Source: Pelagomonas calceolata (taxonomy: Eukaryota). Taken from it: a DNA stretch of 64,000 nt. Below, one piece after another: positions 32,503 to 43,807 of the stretch. The number at the start of each line of letters is the position of its first letter. Within the stretch, counting starts at the first letter, position 1. The DNA lies in NCBI GenBank assembly GCA_918797485.1, contig CAKKNE010000005.1, positions 5,208,001 to 5,272,000 on the forward strand, read 5' to 3'. The notes under the pieces are model-generated. The model saw only the letters and a program-made list of their open reading frames with translations, ran no database searches and was not told where the DNA came from. The position numbers were made by a program, and so were the translations under genes.

Positions 32503-32931
32503 ATGTCTCAAAAAATCGCAACTGATAAATTGGCAGCACCACCGGTGCTCCGTAGCGGGTCAGAGCCCGCGGTCGTGGAGGAGATGCCCGTCAGGGCCTC
32601 GGAAGATAGCGCCACAGCTTTCGAAGAGGAGCGCGCCGTGATGCCGGCAGACGATTCAGCCAAAGCCGCGCTCGCCGAGGTCGCACGCCTCAGGCGAGAG
32701 CTCTGCGCAAAAGACGCGGCCGACGCCGCGTCTGCGGCTATCCTCGCAGAGAAGACCCTGCGAATACGAGAGCTCGAACAAGAGGTCAAACATTTGGACG
32801 ACGAGCTGCGCTCCGCGCCCGCGACGCCCCCGCGGCCGCCACCCCCACCGCCTCCTGTGAAGCAGACGCCGAAGAAGAAACGCTTCAGTTTACGCAACTT
32901 CTTCGGCTGCCGCGGCGGTAGCCCTGGCTAA
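32503..32931 (+). CDS. Small coiled-coil hypothetical protein
   Basis: 142-aa ATG ORF with heptad-like segment and poly-Pro; preceded by short tandem duplications at 32409-32502. Confidence 0.6.
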   Translation: MSQKIATDKLAAPPVLRSGSEPAVVEEMPVRASEDSATAFEEERAVMPADDSAKAALAEVARLRRELCAKDAADAASAAILAEKTLRIRELEQEVKHLDDELRSAPATPPRPPPPPPPVKQTPKKKRFSLRNFFGCRGGSPG

Positions 32932-32974
32932 GATATCCGATGTAACGAAGGATTACAAAAGGTAGGAAAGGGAA

Positions 32975-34724
32975 CTAGCCGACTATTCGCATCGCTTCGT
33001 CGTCGGCGCCGGCTTGACGCAAAGCCTGCCAGTAGTCAGTCCGCGGCGGCTCGGCGTCCGTCCGCCGGCACTCGGCCGCGCAGACGTTGCACGTTTGACC
33101 ATTCGGGCAGCGCACCATGTGGCGCAGGAGCTTCCGCACGGCGCCGCACCAGGGCACGGGGCAACTCCCACTCGTACAGTCGCGCGCGTGCAGCATGACG
33201 AACTTCGCGTTCGCGCAGACGGCCGCGTGTCGCGGGTCCCGGTGGTGGCCGGGGCAGCGCCGCGCGTGCGCGAAGAGGTCCAGGAGCTGCGCGCCCTGCG
33301 TCGCGGAACACAAACCGGCCGCGGTCGCCGTGTCGGCCGTCTCGCCGGCGAGGAGCGGCCCGTCCTTGCTCGCGGGCGCCGCGCCCTTTGGTAGGGCGGG
33401 GGGCGGCCGCGCGGCGGCGGCCGCCGCCGCCGCCGCCGCGCGCGCCGCCGCGTGCGCTCTATCTAAAGCGGCCGGCGGCGGGTGGCGGATGCGGTTCGCG
33501 GCGGACGAGATGTCGATCCACGGGAACTGGACCTGGCCGCAGCGCGGGCACGCGTGGCGCGCGAGCGACCACCACGGATTCAAGTGTGATGTTGTTGTAT
33601 ATGCATGAGCACAAGCAGAACAGGAGTACTCGACGACTTCCGGGAGCTGTTGGACCGTCCTGACATCAAAGTGATCAAATCTGAGATCGCGCGCGGGCTC
33701 GCCCAGGACCGCTCTGCTCCCTCGATTCGAGACGCGGTTCTTCGACCTAGATGGAGACGCCACGGGGCCTCTAATATCATCCTCACTGGAACTCCCTTTG
33801 CCGGACGACGCCGACGAGTCCGTCACTACAGATGCCGAGACCTGCTTCCGCCTCTTCGAGTCCGGCTCCCCTAAAACGCTGTCGCCCTCCAGATATTCGA
33901 GGCACCCAAAGGCCTCGCCCTCGGCGTCCTCGAGATTCAGGAGGTCGGGCGCGGACAAATCGCGCGGCATGCCCCGTCGAGGCACCGGTCTTTTGGCGCC
34001 GCGAGCCGCCGCCGGGCGCCTTCGAGCGACGCGTGGCGGCGACTTTGGTGGGGGTTTGGGCGCTTTCGGGGCTTTCGCGGGCCGCGCCTGAGTTGAAACG
34101 ACGCCGTCACGAAACTGCTCTCTCGCGCGACGCGTAGACTCTCCGACGGCCACGTCGACGCCATCGACGCGACCACGCCAAGTTCAAGTGTAGTTACTGC
34201 GCCGCGTCGCGGACCGTCGCGTCGATGTTCTCGACTTTGTGTTCGGGCGACGGCGTCCGGCCCAGCGCGAGCTTCTCGGTCGCGCGCTGTTCTTGTAAAC
34301 GCTTCGCCTCGCGCGCCTGGTTCGCGACGGCGGCGTTACCGAGTTGCTGTTCTAGTTTTGCTTTCACTGGTAGTAGAGTAGTAGTCACATGTTTTTCGAG
34401 TTCATCCAGCTCAGACTGCTTCGAGGCGGGGCGCAGGCACTTCTCGATCTGCTGCTCGAGGTGGCCGATGAAGGACGCTAGTCTTTCCCGGTTGACGGGC
34501 GGCGCCGCGGGCGCGGGTTCTTCTCCTAGCTCCCGTGCGGACTGGAGCTGCACGAAGTGGTGGAGCATGAACCTCAGATCGCCCAGAATGCGGCCCTGCA
34601 TGTCGCGCTGCGCGAGCACGAGGGCCGAGAGCGGCGGGTTCGTCGGGTCCTGAGCTGGCGGCGCTTCCGGCGCCGCTTGGGGCGGCGGCGCGGTGCCGGT
34701 GGCGTTTGGAGTGCTGTCGGCCAT
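32975..34724 (-). CDS. TAZ zinc-finger protein with an additional CxxC..CxxC ribbon; intron 34088-34214
   Basis: LFAHARRC...C..AK..MLHARDC...C.VPWC..VRKLLRHMVRC...CNVC; a 127-nt GTCCGC..CTCAG intron joins ORFs 34724 and 34153 in frame. Confidence 0.8.
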
Positions 34725-35246
34725 GGCGAGCTCCTACGGCTTCGACAGTCACCAAGTGCAAATTGCTCTGCGGTCGGCGGCGCCAGCTAAGGTCTTAATA
34801 CAGACCGCGTCAGCGGAGATGCGTTGCCCAGCGCTCTCAGTGAGTCTATAAGGGTCCCCTGGGCGCGTGTACGGTTTATTTTGTTATGCTTTAGCGGCGG
34901 ACGGGGTCGTGGCCCTGCTGCTGCGGCCTTACTGGTTAGCAACGTTACGACGCGCGGCCGCCCTTGAATTTGTTTCTGGAGCTAGCTTCGGCTTGGTTTG
35001 GCTCCCCCGAGACCTTTGTTTGCTGCGGCTTGGCTCCTCGGCGGAGTTTGGTGGCGCGTTGGGTGACGTCCCACTCGGTGTCTGCGACTTCAGTCGTTTC
35101 ATTAAATAGCCATCTTTTGACTCGGGCGAGGGCTGGGAGGGCTGGCAGAGACCGCAGGTTGGCATTTTGCGATTTTTTCGGCGACCGCTAGTAAGACTAT
35201 GAGCTAGCTCAGTGCTGCTTTCCTGCCGCGCACGGCTGTCTGCACG

Positions 35247-36233
35247 ATGCATCGCCTCATCACACTGCTCTATTGCCTCTCTGCATCAGCATTCCTCGCA
35301 CCGCTGCAGCGCTGCCACCGCGCACGTCGTGCAATCACCCAAAAGGCAGCCAATGGCGCAGAAGACCTCAATGCACTGAAGGTAGCCGACCTCAAGGTCT
35401 TACTAAAGGAACGCGGCCTGAAAGTAAGCGGTAAAAAGCAGGAGCTCATCGACCGGCTAGAAGAGCACGCCGCCGCCGAAGCACCGAAACCACCACCAGC
35501 GCCCACGCCCAGGGTCACCCCCGGCAATGTCCCAGACGCACAGCTCGCCGAGACCATCGTGGACCTCCTCGTGACCGAGATCTTAGAAGCGAGAAGATCA
35601 AACACAACAATAAACCCGGACACGCTCGCCTCGAAGCGCGAGGCGCTATTAGCGCGCGGCGGCACCGCGCTCGAAGAGGTCGCGACGCGTCGACTGGCCG
35701 CGGCGCCGCACGACACGGAACTTGCTGGTGCCGTGGCGTTGGTCCGAGGCTTCCAGCGCGCCGAGTTCCAGCTGAGGAGTAGAGACGCGATGCGCGAAAT
35801 TCTGCGGGCCGCGACGCTCGGCTCGGCGCAACTCGACGACTGCTTCGAGAAGCTCTCGAAGGAGGGCCGTTTAGATGGACCCTTCGCTCGTTATGTGGAA
35901 GAACTAGAGCAGCAGCAGAAGGCGAAACCGGGAGACGGGTTGCTGGACCGCGTGTTGGTTATCGTGCGAGACCGCGTGAAAGCGGAGGGCGGCGCGTCCA
36001 AAGAATTAAGGGTGCTGGCCCGGGCGCTGCGCTGTTCTGATGAAGATGAGACAAGGGAGTTCCTCTCGAAAGAATTCTCTATCTCTCTAGACTTCGCGGC
36101 GCGCTTCGAGGCCTACGTCGAGGCCGCGGCGGCGTTCGCCGACGGCGCCGAGGACGGCGGCGGCGCTTCTCTCCAAGGCATCGGCCGCGTGCGGGAGGTC
36201 GTTGGCGAGCTGCGGCGGGCGATGCCTGTGTAG
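35247..36233 (+). CDS. Plastid-targeted SAP-domain protein
   Basis: LSASAFLAP presequence; LKVADLKVLLKERGLKVSGKKQELIDRL. Confidence 0.85.
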   Translation: MHRLITLLYCLSASAFLAPLQRCHRARRAITQKAANGAEDLNALKVADLKVLLKERGLKVSGKKQELIDRLEEHAAAEAPKPPPAPTPRVTPGNVPDAQLAETIVDLLVTEILEARRSNTTINPDTLASKREALLARGGTALEEVATRRLAAAPHDTELAGAVALVRGFQRAEFQLRSRDAMREILRAATLGSAQLDDCFEKLSKEGRLDGPFARYVEELEQQQKAKPGDGLLDRVLVIVRDRVKAEGGASKELRVLARALRCSDEDETREFLSKEFSISLDFAARFEAYVEAAAAFADGAEDGGGASLQGIGRVREVVGELRRAMPV

Positions 36234-36427
36234 ACTAACTGTGTGATTCTATTTCCTTTGAGATCTGAGCGCTGGATCTAAGCGCTGGACATGTTACAAC
36301 AACGTCGCGCCGATGGCGTAAAGCGGGGACGCCGTCGATTACTTGGTATTTCTGTAGAGTATTTCTGTTGTTACGGTGCTAGGACTAGTGGGCGGAGCCT
36401 GGCGGAGACACGTATGGAGTCTCCTGA

Positions 36428-36524
36428 AGGCTCAGGCTAGTTACGTCGCGGGGTCCCCCGTACCCCTCCCGCTCCCCCCGGGCCCACCCGTCCGGCTGGA
36501 CTAGGACGCAAGGGCTGAGTCGCA
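36428..36524. repeat. Dispersed repeat copy 3
   Basis: Near-identical to 38526-38622 over about 97 bp. Confidence 0.92.
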
Positions 36525-36817
36525 GAGTCTAGTGCTAGTGTGTCTAAAGATGCTAGGACGGTCGTCCAGCGGGGAGACGAATCGGACTCTCTACGGCCGC
36601 AGAGGGCAACGCAAGCCGAGAGGGTAGGCCAGCGAGTCCAGCCACAGCGCAAGCCGCGAGCTGCGCCAGCCAGCGAGCCGCAGGAGCCGCCTAGAGCAAA
36701 ATAGACTCAGGAGACCTCCTCGGGCTACAGAGCGGTGTCTCGGGAGGACGGGCGCATCTGTGCCGAGACACCACCCGCAGCGAGCGCATTGTGCCGCGAG
36801 GTCACGCCGCAGCGACC

Positions 36818-38353
36818 ATGGCGGAAAATATGCGCCGCGTCGACTCCGCCGAATTGCTCGACTTGCTAATAGAACAGATGGAATTAGAAGAGACGCAGGA
36901 CAAGCCCCCCACGCCGAAGAAGACGCCCTCGAAGCGCCCGCGCGAGGAGGACGCCGACCGTAAGTTGCAACCGGACGACTTCGAACCTCTCGCTTTGATA
37001 GGGAGGGGCGCGTTCGGCGAAGTACGATTAGTACGAAGAACAGACACGAGGCAAATCTTCGCGCTCAAGTCCATGCTCAAGAGCGCCATGGTCGCCAAGA
37101 ACCAGGTAGCTCATATAAAAGCGGAGCGAGACATGCTGGCCCTGTCCGAAGACCCGTCCATAGCCATGTTATATGATTCCTTCCAGACGCAGTCCCACCT
37201 ATACATGGTCATGGAGTTTCTGGCCGGTGGGGACTTGATGTCTCTACTAGTCAAGTTAGATACACTCCCAGAAGACGCCTGCAAGTTTTATATCGCGGAG
37301 ATCGCCCAAGCTATCCAGGCGGTCCATGATCATGGGTTTGCGCACCGCGACGTCAAGCCCGACAACGTGTTGTTAGGTGGAGATGGGCACGTCAAGCTCA
37401 CGGACCTAGGATTATGTGCTCGTGTCACGCGTTCTGAACAGACACCCATCCAGCCCACGGCCACATATCCTACTTTTACCGAACGGGGCGACGCGACGCC
37501 GCCGCGGCCGCCACCATCTCCTGCAGAGTCGCCAGGGTTCGGCGAGAGCGACGACACGCCGAGAAAAAGACCTCGGGATCTGGCTTATAGCACAGTGGGC
37601 ACGCCGGACTACATCGCACCCGAAGTCTTGCAACCAAAAGTAGGGTACGACTTCGCCTGCGACTGGTGGAGTTTAGGTGTCATCATGTACGAGTGCCTTG
37701 TTGGTTATACACCCTTCTACGCCGACGATGCCCGAAGGACCTGTCGCAAAATCCTGGATTGGCGGCGGCATCTGGCCTTGCCGCGGGACGCGCGGGCGCG
37801 CCTGTCGACGCGCTGCGTGTCTTGTTTAGCCGCGTTATTGGCGGATGCTCGAGATAGATTAGGTGGAACAAATGGTTTGGAAGATTTGAAGCGGCACGAG
37901 TGGTTAAGAGACGTGGAGTGGGACCATCTTAGAGAAAGACCGGCGCCCTACGCGCCGGCGGGCGGCGCCGAGGTCGCCGCTCTGTTGGAGGAATTGTCCA
38001 ATGTGAAGTTGGATGATGCGCGCTGCGAGGGCCTCGTCCAGGCCGTGACGGCGAACTTCGACGGCGTGGCCGTCGGCGCGGCGGCGGCCTGGGGCTCGTC
38101 CACGACCGCGCCGGGCGCGCGGACGCGGCGCGCGCCGGGCCAGCCCGCCACCACTCCAAAGCCGCCGTCCGTGCCCGACGACGCGTTCCTCGACTATACT
38201 TATAGAAGACGCCGCGCGCCCGGGGCCGACGACCCCGCGGCCGTCGAGCGGGCGCGGGCGTCGCTCGAGACGCTCGCGAAGCGGCCGACGCTCCGGGAGA
38301 AGTCGCGCTCGGCGGGCTCCGTCGGCGAGGTCGTGGTGGAGGTCGGCGTCTGA
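36818..38353 (+). CDS. NDR/LATS-family AGC Ser/Thr kinase
   Basis: [27 protein letters not shown], insert after [25 protein letters not shown]. Confidence 0.95.
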   Translation: MAENMRRVDSAELLDLLIEQMELEETQDKPPTPKKTPSKRPREEDADRKLQPDDFEPLALIGRGAFGEVRLVRRTDTRQIFALKSMLKSAMVAKNQVAHIKAERDMLALSEDPSIAMLYDSFQTQSHLYMVMEFLAGGDLMSLLVKLDTLPEDACKFYIAEIAQAIQAVHDHGFAHRDVKPDNVLLGGDGHVKLTDLGLCARVTRSEQTPIQPTATYPTFTERGDATPPRPPPSPAESPGFGESDDTPRKRPRDLAYSTVGTPDYIAPEVLQPKVGYDFACDWWSLGVIMYECLVGYTPFYADDARRTCRKILDWRRHLALPRDARARLSTRCVSCLAALLADARDRLGGTNGLEDLKRHEWLRDVEWDHLRERPAPYAPAGGAEVAALLEELSNVKLDDARCEGLVQAVTANFDGVAVGAAAAWGSSTTAPGARTRRAPGQPATTPKPPSVPDDAFLDYTYRRRRAPGADDPAAVERARASLETLAKRPTLREKSRSAGSVGEVVVEVGV

Positions 38354-38523
38354 GACCTGCGCGCCAACTTCGGTGCCCCGATTAGCGCGGCGCGCGGGCG
38401 CAAAACGCGTTTGGGCTCGACCCTGTTTACTAGTAAAGACTTTCCATGTATTTTCCATGTATTCTCCGCCTCGATAGCGTGAACTAATCGAGGTCCGCCT
38501 CGTGAAATAATCGAGGCCATCTG

Positions 38524-38622
38524 TCAGGCTCAGGCTAGTTACGTCGCAGGGTCCCCCGTACCCCTCCCGCTCCCCCCGGGCCCACCCGTCCGGCTGGACT
38601 AGGACGCAAGGGCTGAGTCGCA
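38524..38622. repeat. Dispersed repeat copy 4
   Basis: Near-identical to copy 3; followed by about 1.3 kb of lower-GC DNA without an intact gene. Confidence 0.92.
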
Positions 38623-40058
38623 TGGACTCGCACGCCCCCCCCTCTTTTGGGACGCCCCCCATCAGGATGTGGAACTGGCCGCTGGCTCCTCTTTTACAAC
38701 GAGCCGGAAATCATCTGTTTCCTAGTGTGTCCATACGCTAGATCACTAGGTCTTGCGGCTCGCCAATTTACACCAGCGATTGGCGCCGCCTTCTATCGTC
38801 CAATTGATACATCATATCAACTCCAGCCCAGTTTTCATACACATTCGACGGAACCGGAGCCGACGGCCCGCGCTCGGAGGGCGGGAAAAGAATTCTACTA
38901 GACAACTCCCGAGTTTATGTTCGTTTCCTTCCATTTGTTGATGGTAGAGTCCATGCAGCCGGCCAGAAGATCCACTGAGCATGATCATGTACTCCATTAG
39001 AGCCGCGCGAAACGGCAACTTCGAGCCTCCACGTCCAGGTGAAGATAGGCCCAGAAGTTGAACCTGCGAGTATCAGCGACGAAGCTATCCAGATGAACCA
39101 TAATCCCGTTGTTCTATTCACAATCGACCGACTTGCCTGTTCTCCGCGGGCGACGGTGCGGAGACGGAGCACCGGAAAGGCCCCAGACCGGTGGTTTATA
39201 AAATAAATTTGCGTTTCAGGCGCTTTAGTTCTAGGACGGGCCAGTTAACCGGCTTGATTGTGTACTACATTGCTCCGAGACCCAAAAATGCTCGGCGCGA
39301 CTTGTCGGTCTCGGGACCGCACCATCTCATTCATAAGGGCACCAAACCCAGACCTGCGACCATCAGCGCGTGTACCATCACCATGGACTATGGCGCGATC
39401 ATTTGTTTCATGATCGACCGACTTGCGCGAGGTCCAGATCAAGATGTTCACGTCCCGAGCGTGGGCAGTCCAAAGTACCCTTCTCGTGGTGTAGATGTCA
39501 TATACTTGTAATTGACTATCGTTGGGGTAGTATGGGGTCCAACGAGACCGCTACGGCGACTACTGGGGGCCCTCGGGTAATTGACGTTTTTTACGGGAAC
39601 GGGGCGCCATCGGGTCCAAATTACACACTTTTTTCGGGGGTATATCGGCTCCTGGAGGCCTCTCGGGGTAGGTCTGGTAGTGGGTAAGCGCCTGCACCGC
39701 ATACGCCGTCGATGCGGCAGTCTAGTGCTCTCGGGGGCTCTGGAAGCAAACCATGGCCAAAAGATGGCTAACCGGAGTGGTCTGCTGAGAGAAATCGACC
39801 AAAAATGCTTGAAGCGGCGGCGTGTGCGACGTAGGCGCTTGCACGTGTATAGTATTGACCCTAGGCGACCCCAGGGAGACCTGTTTGGTAGGGATTGACA
39901 GGATTCCACTGGCGCGGGCGCCATTGCCCATGGCCGCCGACGAGCCGCGAATTAAAAAAAATTCTTTTTCGGCCCCCAGTGCGTGTCCCATTGCTCTCTT
40001 TGGACCATTAGCGAACGGAACGGTACTCAAACAGCTGCACGGAGTGTTTGCTCTGCTC

Positions 40059-40082
40059 GCTAGTGTCTTACTTGCCGCTAGC
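40059..40082 (+). promoter_or_regulatory. CTAG-bracketed upstream element
   Basis: GCTAGTGTCTTACTTGCCGCTAGC. Confidence 0.7.
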
Positions 40083-40293
40083 TTCCCACTGCGGCCTCAA
40101 TCGCATTCAGCCGTGGAGCAGCAATATTAGATTTGTCGGCACACGTTCGTGCTCGTCGTATCGGTACGCTTCATAACCGCCAGCTGTGGCCATCTCTGAG
40201 CACGCATCTCTGTAGACCTCACTGCTGCAGCTCCTTTCTCTCTGGAAGCACCTCCAAGCGCTGCTCGCAATCCTCGTAATCGGTGAAGAAACG

Positions 40294-40878
40294 ATGTGGC
40301 CCAGCAGCACCCTCTCCGCCCTGCTGCTGCTGCGGCTGCACGCCGCCGGCGCGAGCCAGCCGCCGCAGCCGCCGCCGTACACGACGGCCTACCCGGCGGA
40401 GATGAATTTGTGGGACGTGCCGCCCCCGCCGGATATGAAGGTGAACCTGCGGCCCTTCCGCCTGGCGACGCGCGGCACCGTCACGGCCGTCTTTTTCTGC
40501 CTCGCGTGGCGCGCGACGTCGCTCGCCGAGCGCGCGCGCGACTACCAGGCGCCGCTCGGGTGGCTCGCGAAGCCGTTCTTCGTCGCGAACGTCGGGGCGG
40601 CGATGCTCGCGGCGCGCCACGCCAACCGCCAGAAGGTGCTCTTGAAGGGCGTGCTCCACGCGGACGTCGCGCTCGAGGGCCTGACGCTCGCGAGCAGCGC
40701 GCTCCGGGCGGGCTTTCCTTCGTCCGACCAGCTCCTGCCGGCCGACGTCCACGTCGTCAACGCGCTGTGCGCGTTCTGGGTGGGCCTCGTCGCGCTCTCG
40801 TGCTCGCGGAGCAAGTGGATAGAACTTCCGCCGCCCGCGGCGCGGGGGTCGCAGTATGGATATTCTGGGGGCGGCTAA
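40294..40878 (+). CDS. Membrane hypothetical protein with signal peptide
   Basis: 194-aa ATG ORF; signal peptide and 3-4 hydrophobic segments. Confidence 0.7.
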   Translation: MWPSSTLSALLLLRLHAAGASQPPQPPPYTTAYPAEMNLWDVPPPPDMKVNLRPFRLATRGTVTAVFFCLAWRATSLAERARDYQAPLGWLAKPFFVANVGAAMLAARHANRQKVLLKGVLHADVALEGLTLASSALRAGFPSSDQLLPADVHVVNALCAFWVGLVALSCSRSKWIELPPPAARGSQYGYSGGG

Positions 40879-41010
40879 GGGACGGTGAAATCGACTACGA
40901 TGCCTGGCGGATACTCCCCGGATCCCCACAGAGAAATAGTCTTGGATGAATTATTGGTGGATCGACGGGGTCTTTTTCGGTCGGCTAGCATATCCCGTCG
41001 ACGGGATATG

Positions 41011-42036
41011 TTAGAGCCCGGAGAGTGCCTCCCAGAGGGGGCGCGTCTCGTGGGCGGTGTCGGAGATGATGATGCCGTCGGCGTCATCGGCAGACTCGTC
41101 GAACCCGTCGGAGACGGAGACGACGCGGCTGAACAAGGGGGGGTCCGCGGCGGCGGCGGCCGCGGCGACGAGGTGCTCGACGGCGCGCCGCGCGGTTGTG
41201 GTTGAGGTCGGCGCGTCCTCACCAACAAAACGGAGGACGAGGACGCCGCACGCGTCGCCGCGGCCGTTGAGGAGGGGGAGCGCGCAGGCCCAGCGGAGGC
41301 GCGCGGCGAAGGCCGCGGCGCCGCGCTTTTCCAGGGTCCGCGCGGGCTGCGGGGGCCGCGGCGGCCGCGTCGGCACGGGCGGCGTGCCCGGGACGCGCCG
41401 CGGCGGCGACACGCGGCCGTCAGAGGGCGGCGCAGAAGGCGGCGTCGCCGGCGCCGCGCGGGGCCGCGACGCCGCGCGCGCGGCCCAGTTGTGCTCGGCG
41501 CGCGCCAGGGTTTTACCAGAAGCGAAGGCCGCGACCTGGACCGCGTCCCGGTCGCGGACGGGTGCCGCAAAAGTTTTGCGGACGTAGGCCGCGAGCGGGT
41601 CGTCGACGCAGCCGGCGCAACAATGTAAATCGCGGCGCATGTGGCGCACGCACCTCCTGGCGTCGCGCGCGCGGCAGACGACCAGTTCCAAGGGCGCGCG
41701 GGGGCGCCGCGGCGGCGGCGGCGCCGCGAAGTTTAATGAGGCCGCGGGTGGCGGTAGCGGCGAGGCCGGCGGCGTCACGCGCGCCACGAGCGGGTCGAGG
41801 CCGGCGGGCGCCCAGACCTCGGCGACGGTCCAGCGCGCCGCGGCGGCCGCGCCACTATCAGTGGACTTCTGGCCCCGGGCGAGCGCCGCCAGCACCAAGT
41901 CCGCGGACGCCTCGAGGCCGCCGGCGTCGCCGGGGTCGAGGCGCCAGCGCGGCGCGGGGCAGCGCGGCTGCTCGTCGGCGTTGTCGTCCTCGCCCGACGA
42001 GCCCGACGAGCTCGTCGACAGGGCGACCTTGAGCAT
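41011..42036 (-). CDS. Hypothetical protein
   Basis: 341-aa ATG ORF with coding-like composition; no recognised family. Confidence 0.6.
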   Translation of the reverse strand: MLKVALSTSSSGSSGEDDNADEQPRCPAPRWRLDPGDAGGLEASADLVLAALARGQKSTDSGAAAAARWTVAEVWAPAGLDPLVARVTPPASPLPPPAASLNFAAPPPPRRPRAPLELVVCRARDARRCVRHMRRDLHCCAGCVDDPLAAYVRKTFAAPVRDRDAVQVAAFASGKTLARAEHNWAARAASRPRAAPATPPSAPPSDGRVSPPRRVPGTPPVPTRPPRPPQPARTLEKRGAAAFAARLRWACALPLLNGRGDACGVLVLRFVGEDAPTSTTTARRAVEHLVAAAAAAADPPLFSRVVSVSDGFDESADDADGIIISDTAHETRPLWEALSGL

Positions 42037-42509
42037 CGCGGCGGCTCGCTATGTACAGTAATTGAGCCGCTCGCCGGTGCGCCCGGACCGTCCGGTCGCG
42101 ACTTGGCTCTTTTCAGCCCGGTTGATGTCGTGCTCTGTTTGCGCCTTGTGCCGCCTTTCACAAGAATGTGCGTTGCAAGAGCGCACAGGTTTTGTTATTG
42201 AAGCTACTCCGCAACCGCGCTTCAATTGAAGCTACTCGCGTGCCGCCCGGACACTGCCTCTTATGCTCCTCGGTGCTGATGAAAGTCCCGCGTCACACCC
42301 TGCCATCAACATCAAACCGACACTAAGACCCCTCTCTTTACCTATGCCAGCCCTCCAAACTCCAATCAAGACGCATCAACCCCCATAAAGGGCGCTTGTG
42401 CGCCCGCGAGACGCGCGAGACGGCAACCCCCATTCCACGCTCCACAGAAAGCCCTCAATCCGACCCCTACAAAAGATCAAGAATCCGATCAATTACGGAG
42501 GAGCAACAA

Positions 42510-42950
42510 TCATCGCCCGAGGCCGCGCGGCGACGACAGCGGCTGCGTCGGCGGCGGCGTCGAGAGCAGGGGCGACCGCCGTGGTGATGGTCGCCCGAAA
42601 AGCGGACTCGAACATTCAGGACCACCGCGACTGCGTGGCCGCCGCCGCGGGCTGCGGCGCGTCGGCGACTCGCGGCCCGGCCGCGGCGACCGCGGCGACA
42701 AACTGGAAAAGGACGCCGGGCTCCGCGCGCCGGCGCGCGCGCCGGGCACTAGGCGCGGCGAGTCGTGGCAGGCCGACCGGAACAACGTCTGGAGCTTGCG
42801 GACCTCGGGGCTGGTGGTCAGCACGACGCGCGGCCGGTCGACGGTGTCGTATCTCTTCGGTGTCGGCGCAGGAGGCGGCGTCGCGGGTGCAGCAGTTTCC
42901 AAGACGACCGTGGGCAGCTGCGTCGGCGTCGTCGTGCGCGGGGCGGCCAT
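42510..42950 (-). CDS. Pro/Ser/Thr-rich hypothetical protein
   Basis: ATG at 42950; low-complexity ORF; structure uncertain. Confidence 0.35.
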   Translation of the reverse strand: MAAPRTTTPTQLPTVVLETAAPATPPPAPTPKRYDTVDRPRVVLTTSPEVRKLQTLFRSACHDSPRLVPGARAGARSPASFSSLSPRSPRPGRESPTRRSPRRRPRSRGGPECSSPLFGRPSPRRSPLLSTPPPTQPLSSPRGLGR

Positions 42951-43321
42951 GTTTGGGGGTGAAACAGGGGATCCCAATCAGGGCCTCAAGCGCGCGCCCC
43001 CGCGAGTTCCAAGATAACGGGGCTGCCCTGGTTCGCTTAAGTGGATGAGGAGTTGCTTCCCCACTTGTGGGCGGGCCTCCCAGTGTCCAGAACGTCGTAG
43101 CGTGGCTATAAATGGAGTGAGGGAGAGGGCGCTCTGACACAAGTTTGGTCAGGCGGGGGGCGGCCGGGGCCGGAGGATCCGTCCTCAGATCCAAGCCCAC
43201 GCGTCGCATCGATGGCGCGAACGGAATGCACGCTTACGACGTCGCGTACGGTGGTGGCAGCTCCACTAACACAACACCAGAACGTTGACCAACACGAAGC
43301 CTCATCGAGCACAAATACAGT

Positions 43322-43807
43322 TCAAACGTTACGCCTCTCGGCCTCGAGGCGAGCGATCTCCTCGGAGAGCCGCGCGGCGTCGGCCGCGTCGCCGGCGCCG
43401 GCGTCCAGCAGCCGCCGCTTGCGCGCGAGGGCGTGGTCGAGCTCGTCGGCGGACAGCGGCCGCGCGCGCCGCCGCGCGCGGAGGCGCTCGAGCAATTCCT
43501 CCTCCTCCTCGCGCTTCGTCTGGAGGTCCGCGTTGTAGAAGTGGAGGCCGACGCACGCCGCGAGGAGCGTTAATACGAAGGGGTGCGTCGCGCCGACGCC
43601 GCCGCCGAACAACCGCGACTCCGTGTCCACGAGCCGCTGCTGGGCCTTGGCCGCGGCCGCGAGCGCGTCGACCTCCTCGCGCGTCATCTTTTTCTGGGGG
43701 ACGGGCTCGGCTTTCGTCGGCTTGGCGGGCGGCTTCGCCGAGAGGCGCCGTCGCGTCATGGCTGCGGGCGGCCGGGCGCGCGCGGCTCGGGCTAGAGAGC
43801 GGAGCAT
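43322..43807 (-). CDS. Small mitochondrion-targeted single-pass membrane protein
   Basis: MLRSLARAARAR presequence; HPFVLTLLAACVGLHFY; coiled-coil tail. Confidence 0.7.
   Translation of the reverse strand: MLRSLARAARARPPAAMTRRRLSAKPPAKPTKAEPVPQKKMTREEVDALAAAAKAQQRLVDTESRLFGGGVGATHPFVLTLLAACVGLHFYNADLQTKREEEEELLERLRARRRARPLSADELDHALARKRRLLDAGAGDAADAARLSEEIARLEAERRNV

Noticed and set aside
37399..37416. DLG instead of DFG in the NDR kinase
   Set aside because: The catalytic Asp and Gly are retained and DLG occurs in active kinases; not evidence of a pseudokinase
36428..38622. NDR kinase as cargo of an LTR or composite element between direct repeats
   Set aside because: Further copies occur elsewhere, no TG..CA ends or TSD seen, and the kinase looks like an ordinary host gene
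39100..39440. IDRLAC / IDRLAR on the plus strand as a serine-recombinase DRLxR motif
   Set aside because: No catalytic Y-x-R-x-S motif, frames are short, and the text reads like the antisense shadow of a minus-strand relic
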